The notes beneath the pieces are model-generated. The model saw only the letters and a program-made list of their open reading frames with translations, was not told where the DNA came from and searched no databases. Positions 1-11,960 of a stretch of DNA of 64,000 bases are shown one piece after another. The position numbers and the translations under genes were made by a program. Numbering within the stretch: the stretch's first letter is position 1; the number at the start of each line of letters is the position of its first letter. The DNA is from Callorhinchus milii. Taxonomy: Eukaryota. The stretch spans positions 11,904,001-11,968,000 of the forward strand of contig NW_024704745.1 of assembly GCF_018977255.1 (NCBI RefSeq). Direction: 5' to 3'.

Positions 1-58
1 CGGAGTGATGGAAGGCGGTGCCAGTTGTGGTGCGGATGTGAGGGAGAAAGGACAGCTC
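1..58 (-). mobile_element. L2 LINE ORF2 fragment running off the window
   Basis: Minus strand reads ELSFLPHIRTTTGTAFHH, matching the LSFLPHIQTMTRSAFPHLRN segment of the L2 at 9.7 kb. Confidence 0.6.
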
Positions 59-364
59 AATAATACAAATAAACTAACAATAATCTATCGCAGAGGCCAC
101 TCATCTATCGGAGGTGCCGTGTCATGGTGGGACGCAGGGCGGGAGGCCACAGTGCGGCTGTCCAATAAACCACAGGCCTCTGCAATGCACCTGAGCATGA
201 GATCTCTGTAACCGACCACACATTATCATATTATCTGTTACATCTCAACGTCCGCTTAGTGTCCGTACCAGTCACAGGATAGGGCCGGAGGCCTCTTATT
301 GGTAGAATTATGTCATCTGCAGCAAACTCGGCACTTCTGTAACACATTAAAACCACTAAAAATA

Positions 365-1915
365 AACAACAACAAATTACAGTTGTATAGCGCCCTTCAC
401 GTCAGAAAGATGTCCCAGGATGCTGGACAATCAGAGGTTTTGGATACGAGCTGGGAGTTGGGGTCAGAAGTGGAGGAGGGCAGGCGGTTGGGAGTGGAAG
501 GGTGGGTGAAGGCACAATCGAAGGAGAAGGTCTTCAGATGGGACTTGAAGGAGGGAAGAGAAGAAATGAGGTGGAGGAATTGCAGGATAGAGTTCCAGAG
601 TGTGGGGGCAGAGGTGCTGAAAGGCTGACCGCTAATGGTGGGGCAGGAAGTGCGGGGAACCTGAAGCAGGCCGGTGTCCACCAAGCGGAGGGAGTGAGGT
701 CGGAGAGGTGGGGAGAGCAAGACCTTGGAGAGCCTTGAAGGTAAGAACCAGGGTTTTGTACTCAATTCTCTGAGGAGCCAACGAAGCCAGACAAGAACGG
801 GGGTGATAAGTTCACGGAGGACAGGAGCTGTAGAGTTTTGAATAATCTGCAACTTGTGGAGGGAAGAGTTGGGAAGCCCAGTGGGCAGGCAGTTGGCTTA
901 GTCAAGCCGGGACGTAATGAAAGTGTGGATCAGGGTCTCGGTGGCCTGCGGTGAGAGGCAGTGGCAGAGGCAGGCAATGTTGAGGAGGTGTGGAAAGGCA
1001 GAATGGGTCATGGCACGAATCTGAGGTATGAAGGATAGCTGAAGGTTAAAAAGGTCACCAGTGTTTCAGATTGGCTCGGTGAGGTGAGGTGAAGAGTGTA
1101 GCCATGAATGGTGATAATGTCAGCGGCTGAGGTGCAGAGCCACTGCCGGGAGTCAAGCAGGAAGGTCTCTGTCTTGACAACATTGAGCTGGAGGAAGTTT
1201 GCTCTCATCCAGGACTTGATGTAAGACAGACAATAAGCCAGCACATCAACAGTCCTAGAGTCAAGGGTATAGGCGGCGAGATAGAGTTGGGTGTCATCTG
1301 CATACAAGTGGAAATTGACCCCAGCCTGCGGATGACAGCCCACAAATATACAGTCAATTCACTTTACAGCATATTCTGTGAAGCGTTTTGAGACGTCTAG
1401 AAGATGTGAAAAGCGCTATATCAAATGCAAGGATTATTATTATTATTATGATATTGCCGAGTGGGAGCAAATATAGATTGAAGAGGAGGGGACTGAGGAC
1501 AGAGCTTTGAGGGATGCCACATGTGACAGTGCGGGGGCTAGAGGAGAAGCCATTGGTGGCCACAAAGTGCAAACGGCGGTAAAGGTAGGATTGGGACCAG
1601 GCAAGATCAGACCCATTGAGGTGGAGGTGAGAGGAGAGGTGGTAGAGAAGAATAGAGTGGTCAACAGTATTGAAAGTGGCCAAGGTGTCAGGAAGGACGA
1701 GGAGACAGAGAGAGCCCTGGTCGCAGGTGGACAGAATGTCATTCGTCACTTTGACCAAGACTGTGTCAGTGCTGTGGGCAACATGAAAACCAGATTGGAG
1801 GGGTTCATGGAGGGAATGCTGGGAGAAGAAAGAGCTAAATTGAGATTGGGGCGGGTGGTGTAAGCTGCTGAAGCTGCAAAATGGGAAACCATTGAGTCGA
1901 ATGAGCTCAGGACAC
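365..1915 (-). mobile_element. L2 LINE, 5'-truncated: degenerate RT plus 3' tail
   Basis: [75 protein letters not shown]; (GTT)n tail at 365. Confidence 0.9.
1338..1447 (+). mobile_element. 5'-truncated SINE (3' part) inserted into the L2 RT
   Basis: CACAAATATACAGTCAATTCACTTTACAG...AAATGCAAGG(ATT)n; splits the L2 sequence PLGNII/IRRLGVNF; ATGA on both sides. Confidence 0.85.
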
Positions 1916-2200
1916 GCATACACCAATTTACAAGGAAAAGAATCTTGATTGAACCAAGCCCTGAATCATCTTCTGCAGGTTATGTGTTGTATAATTGTTG
2001 TGTTGTAACCGTTGTTTTGGTTAGCAATAAATAATATCTAATTTACCGTATTTTGTTTATGTTCAAATACCTTACTTCAGTGAACAATTGAAACGGGTTG
2101 AGGACTAAACACCCCCACCACAAAACCCTATAGTGGAGGGCAGTGGGGGAAGGAAGTCATGCATGATTTTAGACACAGTCAGTTGCCAAATTTGCCTGTA

Positions 2201-2520
2201 TAATAATTCCTTGCATTTGATATAGCACCTTTTATGTTGGAAGTAAGTCTCTAAGCACTTCACAGAATTTGGTGTGAATTGGGGTGACTGTATTTTATGG
2301 GTAAATGCAACAACCCAATTGCAGACAGCAATTCCCACAAAACAGCCATGAAACTATTGACCAATTATATTTGGGGGATTGTTGGTCAGAAACTCCCATC
2401 CCTTTTTGAGTAGGCCATTGGATCTTTAATGTCCGCTTGAACAGATAGATGGGACCTCGGTTAATGTTTCATCCGAAAGACGGCACGTCCGACCATATCC
2501 GCCCAGCACTGCATTGGAGC
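2201..2520 (-). mobile_element. Old Deu-domain-like SINE (SacSINE1-like)
   Basis: Minus strand has GTGCCGTCTTTCGGATGAAAC..TTAACCGAGG, the GCTGTTTTGTGGGAATTGCTGT core and an L2-type tail. Confidence 0.75.
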
Positions 2521-3229
2521 TGAGGGGAAGGGAGCTGAGGAAGGATGGGTGGAAAGTATACGCGTGTGTGGTGGGGTGAGATAGCATAATAATGAAACAA
2601 AGTGCAATATTAGTATCATTGTGATTAGCATTCTCAGTTCTGCTCAACCTCTGTGCATTTCTTGGCTAAGAAACCAACTCGCACAGACACCTAAATTTGA
2701 TAGTGAAATTCAAAGGTGAGATTTGAGCTATTACTCACTATTACAAAAGTTCACTTAACCTCAAAGACCTGGTTAGATTGTGTAATGATTGTGGATTATT
2801 CCAACTGTTAGTTAACCTCAATTCATATCTCCAGGGCCATGAACTACTGTATTATGGTTAGTGGAAGAAGCTACATTTTAGTTCTGAACTGAGGAGGCAG
2901 GAACATTTCATGTTCATTTACCCCATCTATATGGAGTATTTCTGTTCTTGCACCAGGGACACAAAGATTCTAAAAATACCAGTTCAGTTCCAATGTTGGT
3001 CCCTGACACCAACTGTTCCAGATCTTTCTGACAGGATTGCGGCGCTTCTGTTCGCGGACAATATTGTGCTACTGATGGGGACCCAACTGGAGGCCTTTTG
3101 CACTGCACTCACCATCTTGAACACTAGGCAACCCGGTGGGGAATCGTGGTTCTGCACCGCTGAAGGGAAAACATCAAGGATATTGATTGGAAGCTACAAG
3201 GGCATCAGCCCCAATTGTTGACTCTTATT

Positions 3230-3650
3230 GGTACCAGGGGATTCTGGTGGGGCCAGGGACTCATCCCACTTAACCCCATTAACCTTGAAAATTAAAGCCT
3301 TAATGGCGAGGGTGATTCTAGTTGGACAAAGTAGCGGGGAAACTGCTCTCAAAGGTAACCTATGTGGTTTTAGCTAGTTAGACTCCACCAGTATCTCAAC
3401 GTACACACTGGGGTACCCAAGCCTTAGCTGTCGTCAACCTGTGCCTAATATTTTCCGGATTTGGGTAAGTAGGATGTGTCCCTCCAGGGAGAGAGTGTGC
3501 ATTTGTTCCAATAAACATGTCTGGAATTTCCATGTATAGCTGAGATGCATGGAACTTTCAGTTTGGTTACTTCTAAGCGTGGTGACGGGTTTACACACGT
3601 GTTAGACATCCTGCTGACCGAACAAAATTAGTCCCTGATTTTGTTTTGCT
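3230..3650 (+). repeat. Unclassified interspersed repeat, copy 1 of 3 (strand arbitrary)
   Basis: Colinear reverse-complement similarity to 11650-11960 and 49060-49440, e.g. TTTCCGGATTTGGGTAAGTAGG. Confidence 0.6.
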
Positions 3651-4367
3651 CTGGCTGAGTGTCCATTTAATTTAATTAAGTTTGGGATTTCTTGTGATAA
3701 AGACTTAACAATAATAATAATAATCCTTGCATTTGATATAGCACCTTATCACATCATTGAAACATGGGTTGACTGTATATTGTGGATGAAATACACAGTC
3801 ATAAAATTTAAAAATCTTAAAGATTTAAGAAAAACGATCGCTATTATTAGTGATCAGAGTAAATTAGAAACCTTTCCCTTCCCTCTCCTCCCCCTCTCTC
3901 CACACACTAACTCCACCTCTGGCATGAGTCCATTCATGCTGAGATTGTGGAATAAAGGTGCCATCAATCTCATGTGTTACCATGCGAACAAAGACCATAT
4001 GAAAGATGGTTTTATGGTCCATCTGGATTGTATCTTCCCCATGTTACTGTAATGACAGTTCAGTAGCACACACAGAGCAGTGGAGAGTGACGCGCCTGAA
4101 TGTCCCACAAATACTTCCACTATTTCCTACATAGTTTCCGCAGCACAAGCAATGCCACCAAGTCAATAGATTTTTCTTTAAAAAAATCTATGATTCACAG
4201 CAGAATCTTGCCAATGTCCTGACACATCCAAATTTTGTGACCAAGATCAAATTTTGTTCTTTCTTCAGTTCGTAATAATTTAGAGAAAGGTTAGCAAATC
4301 TAATGTTATATCCGACCGACTGCATGCAAGATGATTGAACTAATTACAGACTTACAAAGTTTCTGGA

Positions 4368-4650
4368 TTGTAGCCTGCTCCACGTCCCCCGACCCATCCG
4401 CCCCACCATTGGCGGGAGAGCCTTCAGCCACTCTGCCCCCAACCTCTGGTATTTCATCCCCCAGTCACTCCGCCTCGCCCCCTCCTTAGCCTCCTTCAAG
4501 TCCTGCCTCAAGACCCTCCTCTTTGACCATGCCGTCGGCCACCCCCCTTCCAACCCCAGCTCGGGTCTGAAATGCTGTACTCTGTCCAGCGCCTTGGGAC
4601 GTCCTCCCGACGTGAAAGGCGCGATACAAATGTAATCTTGTTGTTATTGT
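4368..4650 (+). mobile_element. Young L2 3' end
   Basis: CCCACCATTGGCGGGAGAGCCTTCAGC..., stem-loop GCGCCTTGGGACGTCCTCCCGACGTGAAAGGCGC, TTG-rich tail; CpGs retained. Confidence 0.9.
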
Positions 4651-5769
4651 TCAATGAGATCTCGTGCACAAAAGTTTGAGCTCAGCAGTGCCACCTGCAG
4701 ATGTTTTTGGTACTGGCACAGCTACAATGCCTTTGCACTCGATCAAACTGAATGGAAAGAATGGTGGTGACCTGTTGCAGGGTGAAATTTATGCTTGTAT
4801 CCTTGCAACATCATGTATGCCTCATTTGTCACTTCGCAGCATCTTGTGTCTCATCCGCCATGGTTGTGAAGTCTTGCTCTTGGCTGCCCTTCTTTTCCAA
4901 ATAATAATAAATTGGGAAAATAAACGCCGTCACAGACAGTTTGGCCTGTTTCTGTGTTGTATGACTCTGTAACTCTATATGATTCAAAGGAACATGAGAA
5001 GAGTTTGGAGTTGGAGTTTCATTCACAATTATTGTTTTGCCAGCTTTACATCCAATGCCAAAATGTTCATTGAGGTATGTGTGTAAGGTTGCTTATTTCA
5101 GTATTCAGCCACACATGTGTAGTGTAAAAGCAACTCCTCAGACCCTGAATAACATACAAGGTTGCTCTCTGAAGCTGGTCTGTACCTTGTCAAAAAAACC
5201 TCACAGCACGGGGATGTTTCTCTTACATAGTACCTACAGAACTCTCCAACACAAGATCTCAGCTTAGAGTGGTATATGAATGGATACACACACAGGCTCT
5301 GACAGCCATTACCTGTAATCCCTAAAACACTTTCATCTGTAATAAACTGAAATAAACTTTTTGTTTTAAAAATAAAACAAGTCTCTTTCTAAGTGAATTT
5401 GTTTTTGGAGTTCGCAAAACTGGGAAACATTATTCAAACGCTACATGATCCCGATAAGTATGTGACAAACTGAGGATCATCAGTCGTACATTTACAGTAT
5501 TAACATGCTTCAGATTACTATTAATCTTGCTGAGTTTTTAATGAGTTAAGGGAATTTTCTTTGTCCAGCAGTTAGACCTTTTTAATAATCTTTTTAAGCT
5601 TTTTTTTGGTGTTTGATCTGTTGTAACCTCAACTCATCTGAATTTCCATCTGAAACTGAGCCAAATTGAAGACTTTGCCCTCTTTCGTTTTACAATAGTA
5701 CTGTTTGTTCATTGCTATTTTGCGTGGGAGGGAACAAAATGTTTTTAAAACTCACCATTTGGAATAGGT

Positions 5770-5965
5770 CAATCCACCATTACTCCTGGTGTCCTGGCCA
5801 TCAGTCTCCCAATAAAATCAATCATTAACTTCATGGCTGCTGCGTTTTGCCCACAAAATAAAATTTTGACAAAAGTCAATTAAATTTATAGTATATTCTG
5901 TGGAGCGCTTTGAGACGTCTCAAAGACGTGATAAGGCGCTATACAAAGCAAGGATTATTATTGTT
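5770..5965 (+). mobile_element. Old SINE 3' part
   Basis: GTGTCCTGGCC...GAGACGTCTCAAAGACGTGATAAGGCGC...GCAAGGATTATT. Confidence 0.7.
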
Positions 5966-6005
5966 AGTAACCTTTTTGCTTTTTGGGTAAGAAACAGATT
6001 CTCCA

Positions 6006-6067
6006 TTAAAACTACAATAGTTGGGTCACCAACAACTTAAAACTACAATAGCTGGGTCACCAACAAC
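6006..6067. repeat. 31-bp tandem duplication
   Basis: TTAAAACTACAATAG(T/C)TGGGTCACCAACAAC x2, one mismatch. Confidence 0.9.
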
Positions 6068-7703
6068 TTGTTTAAGGTGCTACCGGTGTGAAACCAAGCG
6101 TCAAGAACAAGAAATTGTAGGTTCATCTCTAACCTGTGGAGATCGGCTGAGATCAGCTACCTCAGCAGACTGGGATTCAAACCTACACTAGTCTGTATGT
6201 AGCCTAGTGATGTGCCAGCGATCCTTTTATTCATTACTACATTGGAGAAGCTGACAATTTAAAAAATAAATATAGTAGGTGCATCAAAATGTTAACAAAT
6301 CCATTCCTAGTTGACATAGTTAAGGGGTGCCAAGAAAGGCTTCCCAAAACTCGTAAGGAACTGGAATGAAAATAAAATTGTGTGCACCTGGTAAAGCCTT
6401 GTTGGAACCAAGAGCAGGCTTTATGGTGCGTTATTCATAGCTTAAGGGAAATATGTACTAATAAAGAACCAACTTGCCCACGATCAACATTTAGAGGATA
6501 AAAATAAGATATAAGGGGGTAATTTGTTGAGCAACAGTAAATTCCGATCAAAGGAGAATAAGATTCACTTGCCTGGCAAGTCTGGTAAATTTTCTCACTT
6601 TCTACCCCATTAATCTTTCAAGAGAATTATGTTTAACAGATATCACTCTGTTAGTTGATCGTGCTTAAAAGGTAGAATGATTTCTTATCAGGCAGACGTA
6701 GAAACTGGCAGAGCTTGCATTTCTTTAAGAGATTCTTTTAAGATCAAGAGTGCCCAATTGTGTTTATTTTCAAATATCCCTATAAAAATCACAGTCATTG
6801 GACATATGAAAGTTTGCAAATCTGCAGTTCAAATAAATTTGAATACGATTTCAACGGCTGCTGGTTCACATTGGGAAATCCCAAACTATGCAATTGTCAC
6901 ATTTGTACATGCAAACACAGACCAGAATTGCCAGTGATAAAATCTTTATTGTCCTGGCATTTCTCCATTTCTCCAAAATGGATTAGTTAATCTCAGTTTA
7001 GGGACTCTCTACTGTTTCCTGATAGTCCAGGTTTCATTCCTGTTCCTTCAGATGTCAGTGAGGATGGCCTGGAGTTTGTTTGGTCCATACCTGAACGTAA
7101 GAACCTAGTTTACAACTGGGCTTTGACACAAAGCTCCAGTTCTTTGATCTCTCCTTCGCCACTTATAATCTAATTTAACACAGCCTGATCGTTCAAGAGC
7201 TTTGGGACTTCTTCCTGATTTGAAATTTATTTTGTTATTAGTTACGTATTGTATCTTTAGATATCCCATGATGGACAAAACTAAATACCTAGACATTAGC
7301 TCTCTCTTTCTGTGAAAGAAATTATTAACACTTGAAAAATAAATTAATTTGCAGTGTTTAATCTCCCGCCCTCCCACCCCCACACATTTATCAATGTAGT
7401 AGTAGTTTCCAGCTCTTCTAATTATTTGCAAAGTTTACAAAAGATTTTACATTTTTACGAAACAGGACACTAAAACAAGTTATTTTGCTTTCACTCTTTG
7501 AGTTTTCAGTCACTGAAAGTTGTCAGATTCTTTCAACAGCAAATTAGATAGATTTATTTTAGGAAACAATATCGTGGGATACAGTATATCATTTGGGACA
7601 TGACCTGTGGATGTAACTACCAAAATGGTGGAAGACGAACTGGATGGACCTTGGTCTTCTTTCGTCCAGCAATTATTCTTACGTGTATGTATATTCTTAT
7701 GTT

Positions 7704-8070
7704 TGGAGTCCTGTAGCTCATTGGTTAGAGCACTCGCCTTGCAAACGAGAGACCTGGGTTTGATTCCCAGCAGGACGAAACGTTGGACAAGTTTCCTTAC
7801 TCAACATTCCTCTGTTTACCTAGAAATAAGTAGGAACCCGGTTGTTAGTCAATTAGCAGTTCGCTTTTCTGGGGGTAATAATTCCTTCCAAAAAAATAAA
7901 ATAATTGGTCACTCAATCCACGACTGTTTGTGGGACATTGCTGTGCGCAATTGGCTGCTGCGTTTCACCCTCAAAAAATTTAGTCAATTCACTTTACAGT
8001 ATATTCTGTGAAGTGCTTTGAGACATCTTGAAGATGTGATAATGGCGCTATATCAAATGCAAGGATTATT
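7704..8070 (+). mobile_element. Full-length tRNA-headed SINE, long-body subfamily A
   Basis: A box TAGCTCATTGG, B box GGTTTGATTCC, Deu-like core CTGTTTGTGGGACATTGCTGTGCGCAATTGGCTGC, tail AAATGCAAGGATTATT. Confidence 0.9.
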
Positions 8071-9029
8071 TATATATTCTTAAATGAGAAGAAACTGAAA
8101 CCTACTGATGGCCTAATCTGTGCACGGTTGCTTGTGAGAGTTATATTGCATGGTGCTCTCTAATGAATTGTATTGAATTGGAAAGCACAACATTTTAATA
8201 GATTATTGAATGGGACATATGCTTACTTATGTTGAATGAACCCGGAATTAATATGTTTCAATCCCACATATGGAGTGTGTCTGGGTTAACGTGAAACTAC
8301 AGCCAGCAGGCTATCGGCTGAACTGGAGACTTATTTAAAATCTCTTGAAATTCTTGCAAATAAAGAATACTTTTCAAATGGCGTTCTTATTTTTGCAAAA
8401 CAACTTTTAAACCCGTGTCATATAATCTCATTGATGGAGCTATTTTCATTCAATTTCCTGGCTACTTGGGTAGATATTGAGGCCTACATTTTCCTATTGG
8501 TATTAGTAACTGAGTGGATTAACCTCCAAAAAACCGTTACCGCTAGCTGAGAATTTAAATCTAGTCCTAAGCAACTTTACTGTGCAGCATGGACCTGTAT
8601 AGTACATCAGTTGATAGCAGTGTGATGCCAAAACAGGAAAGCGTTCTCCTGTAATGTCGCCTCTCTGCCAGAAAACAGCACTGTTGCTCATGTGGTTTGG
8701 TCGCGTATGAGAGTTGATGTAAAGCTGCATCCTGTGGCAAAGTAAGAATCTACAGTAGAATGAATGGTCAATGGATGGATGTCAACTGCAAATCACTGAC
8801 ATTACTTTATCTCAATTATTTTTTCCAGTTCCCCTTCTCTGCAGGAGCAATCTACCTCCTAGGGTACATTCCCGCAGGTGTCAGTTGCACCTCTGGTATC
8901 TCACGCAATGTATTGGGACTTCACTGTGACTGTTGTCAGACAGTTCCACTGCAAGGGGTATAGCAATCAAATATGCCTGTCCTTTCATGTCAGGAGGAAT
9001 TCTCAAGGCTCTTCAAGGATGTAATGTAA

Positions 9030-10202
9030 AATAATAATAATAATTCTTGCATTTGATATAGAGCCTTATCACGTCTTCGAGACAACAACAAGATTACATT
9101 TGTATAGCGCCTTTCACGTCGGGAGGACGTCCCAAGGTGCTGGACAGTACAGCATTTCAGACCTGAGCTGGGGTCAGGGGGGAGAAGGGAGGCGAAGTGG
9201 GGTGGCCAATGGCATGGTTGAAGAGGAGGGTTTTGAGGCGGGACTTGAAGGAGGCTAAGGAGGGGGGCGAGGCGGAGTGATTGGAGGATGGAGTTCCAAT
9301 GGTGGGCGGGTGGGTCGGGAGACGTGGAGCAGGCCAGAGCCGGCTGAGCGGAGGGAACGGGCGGGTTGGTAGGGAGTTAGGAGGTCACAGAGATAGGGTG
9401 GGGCGAGACCATTGAGGGCTTTGTAGGAGGACCCGGATTTTGAACTGGATCCTCTGAAGGAGAGGGAGCCAATGGAGTCGGGCGAGAATGGAGGAGATGG
9501 GGTCACGGAGTTTGGTGCGGGAGAGGACACGGGCTGCAGAGTTCTGGATTATCTGCAGCCTGTGGAGGGAGGAGTAAGGAAGGCCAACAAGCAGGGCATT
9601 TGCATAGTCGAGCCTGGAGGTGATGAAGGCATGAACAAGAATTTCAGCGGCCTGAGGGGTGAGCTACTGGTGGAGTCGGGTGATGTTACGGAGGTGAGGG
9701 AAGGCAGAGCGGGTCATGGTTTGGATGTGGGGAAGAAAAGACAGTTGAGGGTCGAACAAGACACCCGGGTTCCTGACTGGCTTGGTGAGTTGAAGTGTGC
9801 AACCATGGAGGTTGATGCTGCCAGAGCCTGAGGTCCAGAGGCGATGGCGCGAGTCAATCAGGCAGGCCTCAGTCTTCAAGACATCTCAAAGAGCTTCACC
9901 GAATATGCTGTAAAGTGAATTGGCTGTATATTTTGTGGGCGAAACGCGGCAGCCAATTGTGCACAGCAGTGTCCCACAAACAGTCGTGGATTGAGTGACA
10001 AAATCATTATTAATCCTTTTTTTGAAGGAATTATTAGCCTCAGAAAAGCCATCCACTAATCGAAAAACAACCGGGTTCCTATTTACTGCTAGGTAAACAG
10101 AAACGTAAGGAAATTTGCCCAATGTTTCACCCAGCTGGGAATTGATCCCAGGTCTCTCACTTGCGGGGCAAGTGCTCTAGCCACTGAGCTACAGGACTCC
10201 AC
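9030..10202 (-). mobile_element. SINE subfamily A split by an L2 insertion (9030-9084 plus 9872-10202)
   Basis: Head at 10130-10202; the tail is interrupted at GTCTTCRAGACA, which is present at both L2 ends. Confidence 0.9.
9082..9876 (-). mobile_element. L2 3' ~0.8 kb inserted in a SINE tail
   Basis: KTEACLIDSR..VRNPGVLFDPQLSFLPHI, YKALNGLAPPYLCDLLTPYQPARSLRS; young CTCCC-loop tail. Confidence 0.9.
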
Positions 10203-10249
10203 AAAATGTAGTGACTGTATATTTTTTAGGCGCCTAGATAGTTCCTGTG

Positions 10250-10500
10250 GGTGGATCTTCAGTCCATCTGCTCCTACTCTCTGAGACTCCATTTCGGAGT
10301 TCCTCCAACTCCCTCACTCCATTGCCTTAATCAAGGTCCATCTTAACACTATCTCTTTGATTGGGTTTTCAGTCATCGTCTCCCCATCCGCTCCACTCGG
10401 CTCCCACGCCAGCTCAGGTGACAAGCGAGTATTGTTAAGCACCTTGGGACGTCCTCCTGAAATGAAAGGTACTATATAAATATAAATTTGAATTGTTTTG
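10250..10500 (+). mobile_element. Older L2 3' end
   Basis: GCACCTTGGGACGTCCTCCTGAAATGAAAGGTACTATATAAAT tail. Confidence 0.7.
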
Positions 10501-11649
10501 TGGGGACAAACATGATAGACCAAATGATCTCCTTCTTGTGTTAACATTTTATGGCAGACTAAGAGTTGTGGGCGAGAGTAAACCCAACAGTGCTATTTTG
10601 AAAATTAAGAATAACCATGAAATAAAATATAAAACAAAAAAAACATGCCACCTATTATTATTAAAAAATGAGGAACGGGTGAAGACTCACTATGTTCTGT
10701 GAGTGGTTAGGGTAGATGTGGGCACAAATTCACCCTATATGATAAGGAGAGAATGACCTCTTTTAACCCTGCTAATGGGCATGTGGTCTTTCAACTCATC
10801 CACTTCAGCCTATTACCAGGGATGTGAAAGCACGCCGGAAATATATTTCAATAAATTTAAATTCTATTTAAATTTCCACGTTACTAAGAAGTGTTATTAG
10901 CATTAATACTCAGGCTGCTACTCACAGCAAGAATAATATCTTGTCTTTAAAATTTCACAGATAGAATAAGCAGCTTTAATTATAAGGTGATTGGGACTAG
11001 CATGTTTCAGTACCACATTCTGATTTTTTGCTAAAATATGTAAAACTGTTCAAGAGGCTCATTATAATGTAGTTGGTGGAATACTGGTTAATCCAGTCAG
11101 AATAAATTAACATGAATTTAGTCAGGTTATTTAACTAATTAAAGATGATTTTATTCCGACTGGAATAGCAAGCAATGAGCTGGTTAAACAGTTCCACATT
11201 TCAGAATAAATTCGACTTCTCGCACTGTAAAACCTGTGAAAAATCGCCTTGTGAAATTTAAAGGGGTTTAAAAAAATGTGGAGGGTCTTAATGTGATTCC
11301 TCTCTAAGGAATCTGAAACACACAAACTGGGACTCCATCTGGTGACTGGAAGATATATATCACACAGACCAACAAGACACTGCTGCTGATAGCATCTACT
11401 TCTTGAGATGGGTTCCCTTGAGTCAAAGGGAATTCTAATGTGATTCCTTATTTAAGGAATACGGCAAGGGAATTATGCAAATTTGACCTAAAAAATACCA
11501 ATTAACAATGTTGATTTCATAAGCCGAAACAAGAATAAAAATTGTTATGACTGGAACATTCCTGACCATGATAGGAAGTGAAATCCTCTTGCCGGTTACA
11601 TTGTGGCTACAGTTTGTATTTGTGTTACCCATCAATAATGTCGAGAAGG

Positions 11650-11960
11650 AGTTTCACATAGAACTTTTGTTTTTGGTCAGCCAGGTGTCTGACACATGCG
11701 GAAGCCCATCACCATGCTTAACGGTATCCAAAACAAACTGGGAACTCCATGCACACCACTTACACATGGAAATTCCAGGGATATATTATTGGAGTAGAAT
11801 GCGCACTCTCTCTTTGGAGGGATGCATCATGCTTACCTAATTCCGGAAAGCATCTGACTTTGGTTGGCAAGAGCTAAGGCTTGGGGTTCCCTATATCAGG
11901 CTAACTGTTACATTGGAGCTAAACTGTGTCATTCATCCATTGCAACCTATTACCAGGGTG
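11650..11960 (-). repeat. Unclassified interspersed repeat, copy 2 of 3
   Basis: CACTTACACATGGAAATT and CTTACCTAATTC(C/T)GGAAAG shared with 49.1 kb; reverse complement of 3.4-3.6 kb. Confidence 0.6.

Noticed and set aside
7707-7778. Functional tRNA-Ala(TGC) genes at the SINE heads
   Set aside because: Each is followed by a SINE body and tail rather than an oligo-T terminator, lacks G3:U70, and carries copy-specific mismatches
11796-11850. U1 snRNA 5' end (CTTACCT) here and at about 49175
   Set aside because: Only the reverse complement of a splice donor inside the unclassified repeat; no other U1 sequence
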